A stretch of DNA of 64,000 nt from Rhodothermales bacterium. GTDB taxonomy: Bacteria > Bacteroidota > Rhodothermia > Rhodothermales > VXPQ01. Where the stretch lies: positions 78,439 to 142,438 of the forward strand of contig JBBDTI010000030.1 of assembly GCA_040904565.1 (NCBI GenBank), in the 5' to 3' direction. Below are positions 29,608 through 39,475 of this stretch, in pieces. Under the pieces are notes generated by a model that saw only the letters and a program-made list of their open reading frames with translations, made no database searches and was not told the DNA's origin. The translations under genes were made by a program, and so were the position numbers. Within the stretch, counting starts at the first letter, position 1; every line of letters starts with the position of its first letter.

Positions 29608-29775
29608 GTGACCATCATCAATACACACGAGGCAACGACCCGTCTCTCCGAGCTGCTGTGCAAGCTAAAGGCCGACGAGGAGATTATCATTGGTCGCGCA
29701 GCCTCGACCTGGGAGATCGCCCTCAAAAGCGCCTCGGCAAAAGTCTACCCTCGATCCATTTCGAATGAGATCTGA
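29608..29775 (+). pseudogene. Collapsed Phd/YefM antitoxin-VapC toxin remnant
   Basis: MTIINTHEATTRLSELL...EEIIIGRA (Phd N-terminus) runs directly into ASTWEIALK (PIN-domain WEIAIK-like motif). Confidence 0.65.
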
Positions 29776-29796
29776 GGCCGTGGTTTACTTCATGAT

Positions 29797-29852
29797 TTAC
29801 GTTTCGTAAATTACGAATCGCTACTTACGAAGCGTTAATTATGAATCGCGAG
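29797..29852. repeat. Four tandem degenerate 14-bp units (TTACGAATCG core) immediately upstream of the ATPase
   Basis: TTACGTTTCGTAAA / TTACGAATCGCTAC / TTACGAAGCGTTAA / TTATGAATCGCGAG at 29797, 29811, 29825 and 29839. Confidence 0.8.
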
Positions 29853-29853
29853 T

Positions 29854-30987
29854 ATGGCCAATCCATTCGAATACGGGGGCGTCGTCGCCGAGTCCGGCTT
29901 CTGCAATCGAGGGCAGGAGATGGAGGATCTGCGCCGCGCTGCCGAGAACGGCGACCGGCTTTTGATCTACGCGGAGCGGCGCATGGGCAAGACGTCGCTC
30001 GTGCAGCGGGTGCTTCGAAAGCTGCCGCCCAGGCGATACCTGCCCGTGTACGTCGACGTCTGGCCGACGCATGACGCCGCCTCGCTCGCCGCCGGCATTG
30101 CTAAGGCGGTCACGTCCGCGGCGGAGACGAAAGCGGACCGGATCCTGACCACCGCGAAAGACGTCTTCCGCCATCTGGTACCCTCCCTCACCCTCGACGA
30201 CGCCGACAATCCGTCCGTCCAGTTCGGCGCTCGCAGCGGGATCGCGCCGCAACCGCAGCTCGAGGACGCACTCGATGGCATCCAGCGCCTCGCTGAGACG
30301 CGCGATCAGCGGTTCGTCGTCGTCCTCGACGAAATCCAGCGACTCGGCGAGTACGGCGAGGACCTGGCCGAGCGAGTGCTTCGCAGCCGCATCCAGATGC
30401 ACCAGGGTATCGCCTACTTCTTTCTGGGAAGCCGGAAGCACCTGGTCGAACAGATGTTCACGGACACAACGCGCCCGCTCTTTCAATCCGCAGGACACTA
30501 CCCCCTTGAGGCCATCGCGACGGATGACTGGTTGCCCTTCATTTCCGAGCGCTTCTTCCGCTCCCTGAAGCGCATCCCGGACGAGGTGGTTCGCGAGCTC
30601 TGCGCGCGAACCGGAGGCCATCCCTACTACACGCAGCATTTTGCCCACGTGCTTTGGGAGATTTCACCTCAGGATCAGGACGTCACCCCGGCCGATCTCG
30701 ACCGCGCCGAATCCGTGCTCCTGGACCGGCTCGCCTACACGTATACGGTGCTATGGGAGATGCTCACGACGAACCAGCGGCTGCTGCTACAGGGCATGGC
30801 GGCCGAAGAAGACGACATCCAGCCGTTCTCATCGGCCTTCCTCAAGCGGATCGATATGGCCCAGTCGAGCGCACACACGGCCGCGCGGGCGATGCTCGAG
30901 CGGGACGTGCTGGACCGCACGCCCGACGGGTACGTGATCAGCGACCGTTTCTTCCGGCTGTGGATTTGGAAGACGACGCGTCGCTAG
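29854..30987 (+). CDS. Archaeal-type/AAA ATPase with C-terminal winged helix
   Basis: NPFEYG, FCNRGQE, Walker A YAERRMGKTS, Walker B VVVLDEIQ, TGGHPYYTQ, C-terminal YVISDRFFRLWI. Confidence 0.9.
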   Translation: MANPFEYGGVVAESGFCNRGQEMEDLRRAAENGDRLLIYAERRMGKTSLVQRVLRKLPPRRYLPVYVDVWPTHDAASLAAGIAKAVTSAAETKADRILTTAKDVFRHLVPSLTLDDADNPSVQFGARSGIAPQPQLEDALDGIQRLAETRDQRFVVVLDEIQRLGEYGEDLAERVLRSRIQMHQGIAYFFLGSRKHLVEQMFTDTTRPLFQSAGHYPLEAIATDDWLPFISERFFRSLKRIPDEVVRELCARTGGHPYYTQHFAHVLWEISPQDQDVTPADLDRAESVLLDRLAYTYTVLWEMLTTNQRLLLQGMAAEEDDIQPFSSAFLKRIDMAQSSAHTAARAMLERDVLDRTPDGYVISDRFFRLWIWKTTRR

Positions 30988-31000
30988 ACGCGCTTCTTCG

Positions 31001-32134
31001 TTAGGCGAGTCCCGACGGGATCGCGACCGGGGCGTCCTCATGGGTCAGTTCGCTTTCCTCAGGGTCGGGTTTGTTACGCCACCAGTTCGCCAGTGCCGAG
31101 CCCGAGATGTTCATCCAGGGGCCGAAGATCGCCGGCGCCAGCCCTACGGTCGAGGCCATTCCCATGTTGGCGGCAATACCCGTGGCCAGGCCTCCGTTCT
31201 GCATCCCGACCTCCAGCGCGATCGTCCGGCAGGACTGCTCGTCCATTCCGACCGCACGTCCACCCCAGTAGCCCAGCAGGTAGCCGATGGCATTGTGCAG
31301 GATCGCGGCCACGAAAAGCAGCGGGCCGATTATGAGGAGGTTGTCCCTTCCGGCTGCAACGATGATGGTCAGCACGATGGCGATGGCCGCCATCGAGAGC
31401 AAGGGCATCGCCTCGCTCAGCCACCGCGCCCGACCGTCCAGGAGCCTGTTGACGATCAAACCGAGCACGATAGGAAGCAGGACGATCTGAGCGACGCTGA
31501 GCATCATCGCGACGAAATCGACCGGGACGAACTGACCGGCAAGGACCTGCATCAGTAGCGGCGTCATAAGCGGAGCCGCCAGGGTCGATACGGCCGTCAT
31601 CGTGATGGAGAGCGCGAGGTTGGCACGCGCGATGTAGGCCATCACGTTCGAGGCCACGCCGCCGGAGACCGAGCCGACCAGCACGATGCCTGCCGCCACC
31701 TCATCCGGAAAGCCGAACGTCCACGCGATCGTAAGACCGACCAGCGGCATGATGGTGAACTGACAGACGAGCCCGACCAGCACGGCCCTGGGCATCTTTG
31801 CCACGGCGCCGAAATCCCGCAAGCTCATCGACGTGCCCATCCCGAACATGATGATCATGATGAGCGGTACGATGAGGCGTGTCAGCTCGAAGTCGCCCGC
31901 CGTGAGGAAATACTGTGGGTAATACATCGCCACCGCGACGGAGACGAAGATCCAGATGGTGAAAGTCAGCTGGCTCAGCAGCGGAATCGCTCGAGAGCCA
32001 AGAGCGAGCGTCACCAGGCCTCCCACGACGAACGGACCGGTAGAGGCGATTCCATGCCCGAGGATGAGCGCGCCGGCCGCACCGAGGGCACAGGCGGCGG
32101 AGAGGGCCAGGAGAGTTCGATAAGCGGCTTGCAC
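31001..32134 (-). CDS. Bile acid:sodium symporter (BASS) family transporter
   Basis: IMFGMG, QFTIMPL, GGVASNV, EVGMQNGGLA. Confidence 0.92.
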   Translation of the reverse strand: MQAAYRTLLALSAACALGAAGALILGHGIASTGPFVVGGLVTLALGSRAIPLLSQLTFTIWIFVSVAVAMYYPQYFLTAGDFELTRLIVPLIMIIMFGMGTSMSLRDFGAVAKMPRAVLVGLVCQFTIMPLVGLTIAWTFGFPDEVAAGIVLVGSVSGGVASNVMAYIARANLALSITMTAVSTLAAPLMTPLLMQVLAGQFVPVDFVAMMLSVAQIVLLPIVLGLIVNRLLDGRARWLSEAMPLLSMAAIAIVLTIIVAAGRDNLLIIGPLLFVAAILHNAIGYLLGYWGGRAVGMDEQSCRTIALEVGMQNGGLATGIAANMGMASTVGLAPAIFGPWMNISGSALANWWRNKPDPEESELTHEDAPVAIPSGLA

Positions 32135-32187
32135 GGGGTCTCAGCTGAACAGGTCAATGGGTAATGTCGAGACCGCGGCCCGATGCA

Positions 32188-33471
32188 CTACTCGAAAAAC
32201 GGGACACCTTCCGTCGCGTACGGACGCATCCCATCCTCGTTGATTTCGACGCCGATGCCCGGCTTCTCCGACAGCGTGATGAAGCCGTCCTCGACCTTCG
32301 GCCCATCGTACGAGACGATCTCGTCGAACATCGGATTGGAGTGAAAATAGGTCTGCCATTCCAGGATCATGAAATTGGGGACCGACGCGCATACGTGGCA
32401 GGCGGCCATCGCTCCGAGATACGAGGCGACCATGTGCGGGGCGAACGGAATGTAGTACAGATTGGCGAGGTTCGCGATGCGCTGGCCTTCGCCCAGCCCG
32501 CCGGCTTTCTGCAGATCCGGCATGATGATGTCAACGGCCCCGATTTCGAGCAGGCGCCGGAAGCCGTGGGCGAGGTACAGGTTCTCGCCGGCGCAGATGG
32601 GCGTGCTCGTCGATTCCGTGATGTGCTTGTACGCTTCCACGTTCTCGGCCGGAATCGGCTCTTCCAGCCACATCAGATCGAGGGGCTCCATGAGCTTTGC
32701 CACCTTGTGCGCCGTTGGCGCATCGTACCGGCCGTGCATGTCCGCGCAGATGTCGACGTTTGGGCCGATCGCCTCACGGGCAGCCGAAATCTGATCGACC
32801 ATGCGCTGGAGTTCGGCGGGGCTCGCCGTCCAGTTATAGCGATCGTATTTATTGGGATCGTTGGCCTGGTCGAGATCGAACTTGATCGCGGTGAACCCCA
32901 TCTCCACGGCCTCCGACGCACTGGCCGCGAACTGCTCGGGGGTGGGAAGGCGAAACTGATACAGGGCGGTGTCCATGTACACGCGAATCCGGTCGCGGAA
33001 TTTGCCGCCGAGCAGCTGGTAAACCGGAACGCCGAGGGCCTTGCCGGCAAGGTCCCACAACGCCGTTTCGACGGCGGAAAGCACGGCGACGAACATGCCG
33101 GACTGTGCGCCCTCGAAGAATCCGGATCGGCGGATGTGTTCGAAGAGCTGATGGACGTTGAGCGGGTTCTGTCCCTTGATCCGCTCGCCGAACATCTTGA
33201 CCAGGTGGTAGGTGCCCGGCGTCGCATCGACGCCTTCCCCGCAGCCCCAGATGTCCTGATTCGTGTAGACCTTAACGAAAAGGCTGTGGCCGTTGCGTAT
33301 GTACCCGCACTTGATGTCGGTGATTTCCAGGTCGGCCGGCCGAGACGCCAGGTCGGCACGCTCGACGGCCGACTCCAGACTCCGCCCGAACGCGGACAGA
33401 GGTGCGGCCGCGAGAACACCGGCAGCGGCGCTTTTTGCAAGGAATGAACGCCTCGTGTGAGTTCGTGCCAT
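32188..33471 (-). CDS. Mandelate racemase/enolase superfamily acid-sugar dehydratase with Tat signal
   Basis: TRRSFLAK, ALWDLAGKALGVPVYQLLGG, DMHGR, WLEEP, CAGEN, APH. Confidence 0.9.
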   Translation of the reverse strand: MARTHTRRSFLAKSAAAGVLAAAPLSAFGRSLESAVERADLASRPADLEITDIKCGYIRNGHSLFVKVYTNQDIWGCGEGVDATPGTYHLVKMFGERIKGQNPLNVHQLFEHIRRSGFFEGAQSGMFVAVLSAVETALWDLAGKALGVPVYQLLGGKFRDRIRVYMDTALYQFRLPTPEQFAASASEAVEMGFTAIKFDLDQANDPNKYDRYNWTASPAELQRMVDQISAAREAIGPNVDICADMHGRYDAPTAHKVAKLMEPLDLMWLEEPIPAENVEAYKHITESTSTPICAGENLYLAHGFRRLLEIGAVDIIMPDLQKAGGLGEGQRIANLANLYYIPFAPHMVASYLGAMAACHVCASVPNFMILEWQTYFHSNPMFDEIVSYDGPKVEDGFITLSEKPGIGVEINEDGMRPYATEGVPFFE

Positions 33472-33476
33472 CGAGC

Positions 33477-34436
33477 CTACCAGGTTCTGGTTTCGAGGTA
33501 TTCCTGAACTTGCTCTTTCGGAACGGGCAGCTCGTCGACGTGGTCGTTCAGCCACTGCGAGAAATCCCGCTCGATTTCGTCCGACCACCGCGAATCGATC
33601 TGTCCCGACGTGTACACGCCTTCCCGCAACCGCTGGTGTCCGAACATATCTCGGAGCCTGACGATCTCCGAGGTCTTGACCACGCGCTCGACGAGGTGAG
33701 GCGGGATGAAGATGACGCCGCCGTCTCTCCCCAGCACGACGTCCCCCGGCATGACGGTGGCCTTTCCGATTCGCGTAGGCTGGTTGATCCCGATCAGCGT
33801 GGTGTTGAGTGCACCGGCGGGATTGTTCAGATGATGCGACGGATGGTAGCTCCGAACGAACGACGTGAAGTCGCCGAGCTCCTTCAGGCCGCTGATGTCT
33901 CGGATGGCCCCGTTGTAGACGATTCCGTTGCCGGATTTCGCATAGATGGCATTGCCGAGATTATCGCCGATTGTCGGACCGTCCTCGTGCGCGCCGAACT
34001 GATCGACGACGTACACGTCGCCATCCACCAGCAGGTCGACCGGCCATGAGTTCTGAGACTTGATTCGCCCGTCCTCTTCGTGACCTCTTCTGTCGATCAC
34101 CCGGTGGATGTCGGGTCGGCCGGGTATAAAGGTGGCCGTCACGGCGCGGCCGACGAGCACGCTGTCCGGATTAATTTGCAGCCAGCCGTCGTCGTACTGG
34201 TGGTTGAAGTTGTCGCCTCTCAAGACGGCCCACGCCTCTTCGAGCGTCACGAGCTTCATGCGCTCGAGAACGTAGTCCGGCACGCGAGGTCGACCGTCCG
34301 GGAAGCGGTCGCCGGACCATTCGGGGGTCAGGAATACGAGCTCGTCTCTGGAGATTTGTTGTCCGGCGGCGGGCTCCGCTAGGAGGAGCCATGCGACAGC
34401 TGCCGTGAGGGCCAAAGTGAGGAATCGCGTCATCAT
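33477..34436 (-). CDS. RraA/HMG aldolase-like protein with Sec signal peptide
   Basis: MMTRFLTLALTAAVAWLLLAEPAAG-Q; GRAVTA, GDNL, GAIRD, PGDVVLG..GGVIFIP. Confidence 0.85.
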   Translation of the reverse strand: MMTRFLTLALTAAVAWLLLAEPAAGQQISRDELVFLTPEWSGDRFPDGRPRVPDYVLERMKLVTLEEAWAVLRGDNFNHQYDDGWLQINPDSVLVGRAVTATFIPGRPDIHRVIDRRGHEEDGRIKSQNSWPVDLLVDGDVYVVDQFGAHEDGPTIGDNLGNAIYAKSGNGIVYNGAIRDISGLKELGDFTSFVRSYHPSHHLNNPAGALNTTLIGINQPTRIGKATVMPGDVVLGRDGGVIFIPPHLVERVVKTSEIVRLRDMFGHQRLREGVYTSGQIDSRWSDEIERDFSQWLNDHVDELPVPKEQVQEYLETRTW

Positions 34437-34775
34437 GCGATGGTTATCATGCGATCGTTGTTGCGTCGGGAGAACGATTGATGCGATCGGCGGCATGCAA
34501 TATATATGAATTTTTGAGCCCGTGCGCATGAACCGTAAGAGGCGGACCGTCATGCTCGGTAGCTCCGGACGGCCGGGGAGGTAGGACGGCTGGGGAGGTA
34601 GTCATACAAACTCGGCTCGAAGCCGTAGCGTCAGATGCCCGGCGGCCGAACTTTCGACATCGAAGCGACGACGCAAACAGGAAGCCGCTCCCGACCCGAC
34701 TACTCACATTCAGCAGCAACATGCCGATTCGTTCGCGTCGATCGCCGACCGAGATGAGGGCATGATATAGTCCGA

Positions 34776-35100
34776 ATGTCCCGCGCCATTGAAAACGACC
34801 TCGTGGTCGCCGGCCTCTCGCGCCTCGCACTCGGATTTCTGTGGTACGGCCCCCTCTTCGGTCAAGTCCGGATGCGCTACATCGGGAAGACGGAGGAGGA
34901 GCTGAAGGCCGATTACTCGCCCATCGTCCACCTCTGGTCGCTGCTGTTGGCCCTCGTCATGGCGTTCATCCTCGCCGTCTTCATGAGCTGGGTCGGCATT
35001 GATGATCTCCTTCCCGGCCTTCCGGTGGGGCTGCTGGCCGGCATCGGGTTCACCTTCGTTCCGATTGCCGTTAACAACCTCTATGAGCGGAAGCCGTTCG
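34776..35100 (+). pseudogene. DUF1761 membrane protein, C-terminally truncated
   Basis: LGFLWYGPLFG...NNLYERKPF, then reads into antisense GGT sequence. Confidence 0.7.
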
Positions 35101-35535
35101 GCCGAATTGTGGCCCATAGCTGCGAGATCGAACCCCTCGAGAATAGTGAGCATTTGCAGCGCGGCTATTCCCTGTCCGTTCGGCGGCAGCTCATACACGT
35201 CGTAGCCGCGGTAATTAACCGAGATCGGATCGCCCCATGTGCTCGTGTGCGCTTGCAGATCCTCCTTTCGCAGGTAACCCCCGATGAGGCGCATGTAGGC
35301 TTCCAAGACGTCGGCAATCTCCCCTTCATAGAACGCATCGCACCCACCGCGGGCGATCAGCTCGTAGGTCTTCGCGAGGTCGGGATTCCTGAAGATATCG
35401 CCTTCGACATGCGCGCGTCCGTCGAGGAGATACGTCTCCCTGAAGTTGTCGATTTCCTCGATCATCTCCAAGTGACCTAGAATGGCGCCGATCTCGTCCT
35501 CCCAATCGAGCGCGATAGATTTGGTGACGCTGAGC
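35098..35535 (-). pseudogene. Internal fragment of gamma-glutamyltransferase
   Basis: FRNPDLAKTYELIARGG.DAFYEGEIA, PISVNYRGYDVYELPPNGQGIAALQML; both ends missing. Confidence 0.85.
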
Positions 35536-35598
35536 GCGCCGAGAAGAAGAAACGAGCGCATGATGTCATTTCAACGACTGAACAAAAGCGAGTGCGGA

Positions 35599-37824
35599 TC
35601 AAAGCAGCACTTCATCGAAGGCAATTTCTTCGGCAGCCAGCACGAATACGGTCGTCGGCAGGCCCTCGGTCCGCTTCCTGAGTTGTTCATAATACGAAAC
35701 GTAATCGTCGTTGGGCTCGGCCATTCCCATGAACACCAGGTCGGCATTATGGGACGACTCGTACAAAATGTCGACGAACGGGCGGCCATGGGCAGCGATG
35801 ACGTCCAGCTCCGCGCCTGTGCGTGTCTCCGCCAGGAGGGCAGTGACATTCGCGCGCGCATCTTCTGCCGCCGATTCGTTCGCCACCACCATTTTCAACC
35901 TTACGACGGCGCCGCGCCACGACAGGTCGGTCCGGATCAGGTAGGCCAGCAGCATCATGAGGCCGCCGTTGCCTTTGAGCCCGCCCCACCACACGTCGAT
36001 GCGCTCTCGACGGCCGAACCCCTGAACCCGATCGTCGCGCACGATCATCACGTTGCGATTGGCGTCGTAGAAGTGGGAAATCATCTCACAGTAGCGGCCG
36101 CGGCTCGCGGCGTCGCCGCTATCCCCGAGAAGGATCGTATTCGGTGCCAATCCACCCAGCCCGTAGGCGTCGACGAGGCGCTCCGCCCCTTCAAAAGGAT
36201 CGGGGGCTGTTATCACGCGGACGAGCGCCTGTACTCCGCGATCTTCAAGATACTCGGTGATGCGATTCTCCATCGCATCTTGCCGCCCTCTTGTCACGGA
36301 ATCCGTCGCAAGCACCGTCGAGACGGTAATTAGCCCGCGACTGTGACTGAGTGCCGACGCCAGGTCAACGAGGTGCCAGCGGCGCGCGGGAGCGCCCGAT
36401 AGCACGAGCAAGTGCGGCCGCCAGTTCTTCGGTTCCGATTTACCGCGAAGGCGGAGCAAGCCGGCGCGTGTCAACGCCATCCACACGCCACGCCAGACGT
36501 CGCCCCATGCCGACCGCATCTCCCGTCGCTTCAACCAGACGAAGATGCCCGTTACGAATGCCGCGGCGATGAGGGTGGCCGGCGCATTGATCAGAAACAT
36601 CACCGAGATGCACCCGAGTGCGCCGAGCAGCGAGAATGCCCAGTGCACTTTTAACGACGGCCGGAACGAAGGGCTTTGGAGCAATCTCTCGACGCCGGCG
36701 GCGATGTTCAGCACGCCATAGGTCGTGAGGAAGAACATCGTGAGAATGGGTGCGATGATGTTCAGATTCCCGAGATAGACGGCCGCCAACGCGAGACCGA
36801 GCGTCACCACCGTACCGGCGCGCGGAGCGTCGTCGTCGCCGCTTCCTTTACCCAGCCATTGGAGCCTTCGCGGAAGGACGCCGTCGCGCGCCAGCGCCTG
36901 CAGTACACGCGGTGCCCCCAGAATGCTGCCTACGGCGCTCGAGAGCGTGGCGCCCCATACTCCGATGAGGATCGCATCTCCCCAGAATGCCATCCGCCGC
37001 ATTATGAGCGGATCCTCGATGAGGGTCAACGCATCCGCCCGGTTGGCGATGAGAACCGGCAGACCCATGTAGATGACGTAGCCGACGCCGATCGCCCAGA
37101 ACGTGCCTCGGGGGATCGATTTGGCCGGGTCCTTGAGGTCACCCGACATGTTGACGCCCGCCATGATGCCGGTGACGGCCGGAAAGAAGACCGCAAATAC
37201 GACCCAGAACGGCTCGGAGTGCCTGCCCGCCGCGCCCCACATCTCGATGTGCGTTTCTTCGATGGGTTGGCCGAAGGCCAGCGACACCAGCGACAGCGCG
37301 ATACCGGCCATGATGAAGAACTGGGCGCGGATGGCCATCTTAGCGGAAGTCAGTGCCAGTGCGGCAATGAGCACGGTCGTGATGATGCCGACGAGTTTCA
37401 TATCCAGCGCGGGAAATACGCTCACGACGCTTTCGGCAAAACCGACCGTGTAGAGCGCCACCGACAGACCCTGCGCAAGATACAGCGGGATCCCGATCGC
37501 CCCGCCCGACTCGATGCCCAGCGATCGGCTGATCATGTAGTAGGCACCCCCGATCCGAACACGCTGGTCGGTGGCGATGGCCGCGATGGACAGCGCCGTG
37601 AGAAACGTGATCGACGTCGAAAGCGTGACGATCAATAGCGTCCCGATCAACCCTACGTTTCCGACTACCCAGCCGAAACGCAAGTACATGATGACGCCCA
37701 GGATCGTCAAGATCGAAGGCGTAAACACCCCGCCAAACGTCGACAATCCGTCCTGCTTCCCCGAACTAACCTCACTCGGAGGCGGCGCCGAGCGTTTGAA
37801 CAACTTCCAGATAGGATTCTCCAT
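35599..37824 (-). CDS. Cation-chloride cotransporter (SLC12-like) / amino acid permease
   Basis: GVFTPSILTILGVIMYLRFGWVVG, GGAYYMISRSLG, FFPAVTGIMAG, KNWRP, IDVWW. Confidence 0.9.
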   Translation of the reverse strand: MENPIWKLFKRSAPPPSEVSSGKQDGLSTFGGVFTPSILTILGVIMYLRFGWVVGNVGLIGTLLIVTLSTSITFLTALSIAAIATDQRVRIGGAYYMISRSLGIESGGAIGIPLYLAQGLSVALYTVGFAESVVSVFPALDMKLVGIITTVLIAALALTSAKMAIRAQFFIMAGIALSLVSLAFGQPIEETHIEMWGAAGRHSEPFWVVFAVFFPAVTGIMAGVNMSGDLKDPAKSIPRGTFWAIGVGYVIYMGLPVLIANRADALTLIEDPLIMRRMAFWGDAILIGVWGATLSSAVGSILGAPRVLQALARDGVLPRRLQWLGKGSGDDDAPRAGTVVTLGLALAAVYLGNLNIIAPILTMFFLTTYGVLNIAAGVERLLQSPSFRPSLKVHWAFSLLGALGCISVMFLINAPATLIAAAFVTGIFVWLKRREMRSAWGDVWRGVWMALTRAGLLRLRGKSEPKNWRPHLLVLSGAPARRWHLVDLASALSHSRGLITVSTVLATDSVTRGRQDAMENRITEYLEDRGVQALVRVITAPDPFEGAERLVDAYGLGGLAPNTILLGDSGDAASRGRYCEMISHFYDANRNVMIVRDDRVQGFGRRERIDVWWGGLKGNGGLMMLLAYLIRTDLSWRGAVVRLKMVVANESAAEDARANVTALLAETRTGAELDVIAAHGRPFVDILYESSHNADLVFMGMAEPNDDYVSYYEQLRKRTEGLPTTVFVLAAEEIAFDEVLL

Positions 37825-37836
37825 GTGATCCAGCCA

Positions 37837-38489
37837 CTACTTCCTATGGTTTTCCACGCCGGAATTCGGCGACCATGCCGACTCAGGCTCGAACTCATTC
37901 CACAGTAGGCGCGAAACGCGGCGAATCAACACTTCACCCTCGTTGTCGTGCGCCCACCGCTCATCCGCCTGATTATTCGTGATAACAGTGAAGACGTAAT
38001 CCCCGTGCGGCGCGTGGACGAGAGCTACCTCCGACCGCCACCGGTCGACGGGCCCCTGTTTCGAAGCAACCGAAACGGACGGTGGAATTTGAAAATGCGC
38101 TCCCTCATCCTAGTAAGATTTGGAAAGCAAACGATACATCTCTTCGTCGACCTCGGGGTTCACGGCCTCGCCGTTCCGAATCAGCACCAGGAGTTCCGCC
38201 ATCTCGCGAGGACTGGTCTACCCCCATCCGTAAACCTCCCAGAATTTACGGCGTCCCTCCGTTCGCGAGTTCATTCGCGTAGCCTGGAAGCCGTGGTCCG
38301 ATAGCCAGCGATTGATCGCCTCGCCGCCGCCGCAGAGGTGTTGCAGCCAGAGGCTCGCTGTGTTGTCGCTCAGCGCGGTCATCAGAAATGCTGCTTTGCG
38401 CAGCTGAATCTTTTCTCCATCCTTAAACGAGCCCAGTAGATCCATGCCGGGATAGTACAGTGAGTCGCGATACACCAACTCTTGGGTTG
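37837..38489 (-). pseudogene. Class A beta-lactamase-like serine hydrolase, 5'-truncated at the ISCR origin, with two nonsense codons
   Basis: SDNTASLWLQ, YGWG*TSPREMA, KSY*DEG, ASKQG, APHGDYVFTVIT in one frame. Confidence 0.8.
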
Positions 38490-38527
38490 GCGGATAGGAA
38501 GAATAAACGCGGATAGGAAGAATAAAC
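38490..38527. repeat. Perfect tandem duplication of the 19-bp oriIS-like sequence GCGGATAGGAAGAATAAAC
   Basis: Copies at 38490-38508 and 38509-38527; third copy at 44279. Confidence 0.9.
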
Positions 38528-38555
38528 GGACGCGCGCCCGAGAATTTGTACCAGT

Positions 38556-39461
38556 TTAATCGCTAAGTGCAGCTAAGACAGGTTCGATATCTTCGCCCCG
38601 GGTTCGCAGGTAGTTAATCGGCGATTGGTACTCGATCAATGAGTGCCGTCGCCGGGTGTTGTACTTGGTAAATCGTTCTTTGAGTATCTGCCGGAGTTCG
38701 CCGAGCGTTTCGGCCTGGTTGATTCGGGATCCGATCTCGTCCTTCATTCGGCTCCAGAGCGACTCGATCCACGGATTATCCTTACAGCCGCGCTCGGAGT
38801 ACGACGCCCGGGCGCCGTCGCGGACGAGAAGCCGGTCAAGCCAATCGTAGCTGGTGTAGACGGCGTCCTGGTCGCTGTGGACCATGAGCCCGGCCGCAGA
38901 GCGTCCCAGGAGGCTTAGCGTCTCCTTGGCCTGCTTCCAGGCCCTGAGGGCGAGCTGCCGGTCTGCACGGCGTGAGAGGGTCCATCCGGGCACGAGCTTG
39001 CCGGCCACGTCGACGAACGCCATCAGGTAGGCTTTTCGAGATCCGTCGGCATACTTCAGTTCGGTGAAGTCCGTCGATAGAACCTCCAGCGGCCCGGGCG
39101 CCTCGCTGTCGGTGACGAGGTCAAGATGCCCGCGCGCCTGCTTCAGGATCTTCCGGACCGGACTCGGCTTGTGCTTCGGCACCGAGCGCTTCAGGGCCAG
39201 CTCGTGTTCCTTCAGCACGCGGCGGAGCCGCTTGTGATTGACGGTGTCCTCCATGCGCTCGTTCACCTCTGGCAAGAGCCGCCGGTAACCATATTCGGGA
39301 TACTCTTCGATGACCTCGAGGAGCACCTCGAGCAGCGCGCGATCCTTCGCGCCCGGATCGGGCCTGCGAAGGCGGTCGTACCACGTGCTCTTGGCCAGAC
39401 CGATCGCCTCGAGGCACCGGTTGAGGCCGTGGCGGTCTCGATGTCCTTTGACCAGTTTCAC
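38556..39461 (-). CDS. IS3 transposase OrfB (DDE integrase core)
   Basis: YGYRR, VNHKRLRR, STDFTE, HSDQ, DNPWIES, YNTRRRHS. Confidence 0.92.
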   Translation of the reverse strand: MKLVKGHRDRHGLNRCLEAIGLAKSTWYDRLRRPDPGAKDRALLEVLLEVIEEYPEYGYRRLLPEVNERMEDTVNHKRLRRVLKEHELALKRSVPKHKPSPVRKILKQARGHLDLVTDSEAPGPLEVLSTDFTELKYADGSRKAYLMAFVDVAGKLVPGWTLSRRADRQLALRAWKQAKETLSLLGRSAAGLMVHSDQDAVYTSYDWLDRLLVRDGARASYSERGCKDNPWIESLWSRMKDEIGSRINQAETLGELRQILKERFTKYNTRRRHSLIEYQSPINYLRTRGEDIEPVLAALSD

Positions 39462-39475
39462 CTTCTCGCCTATCG

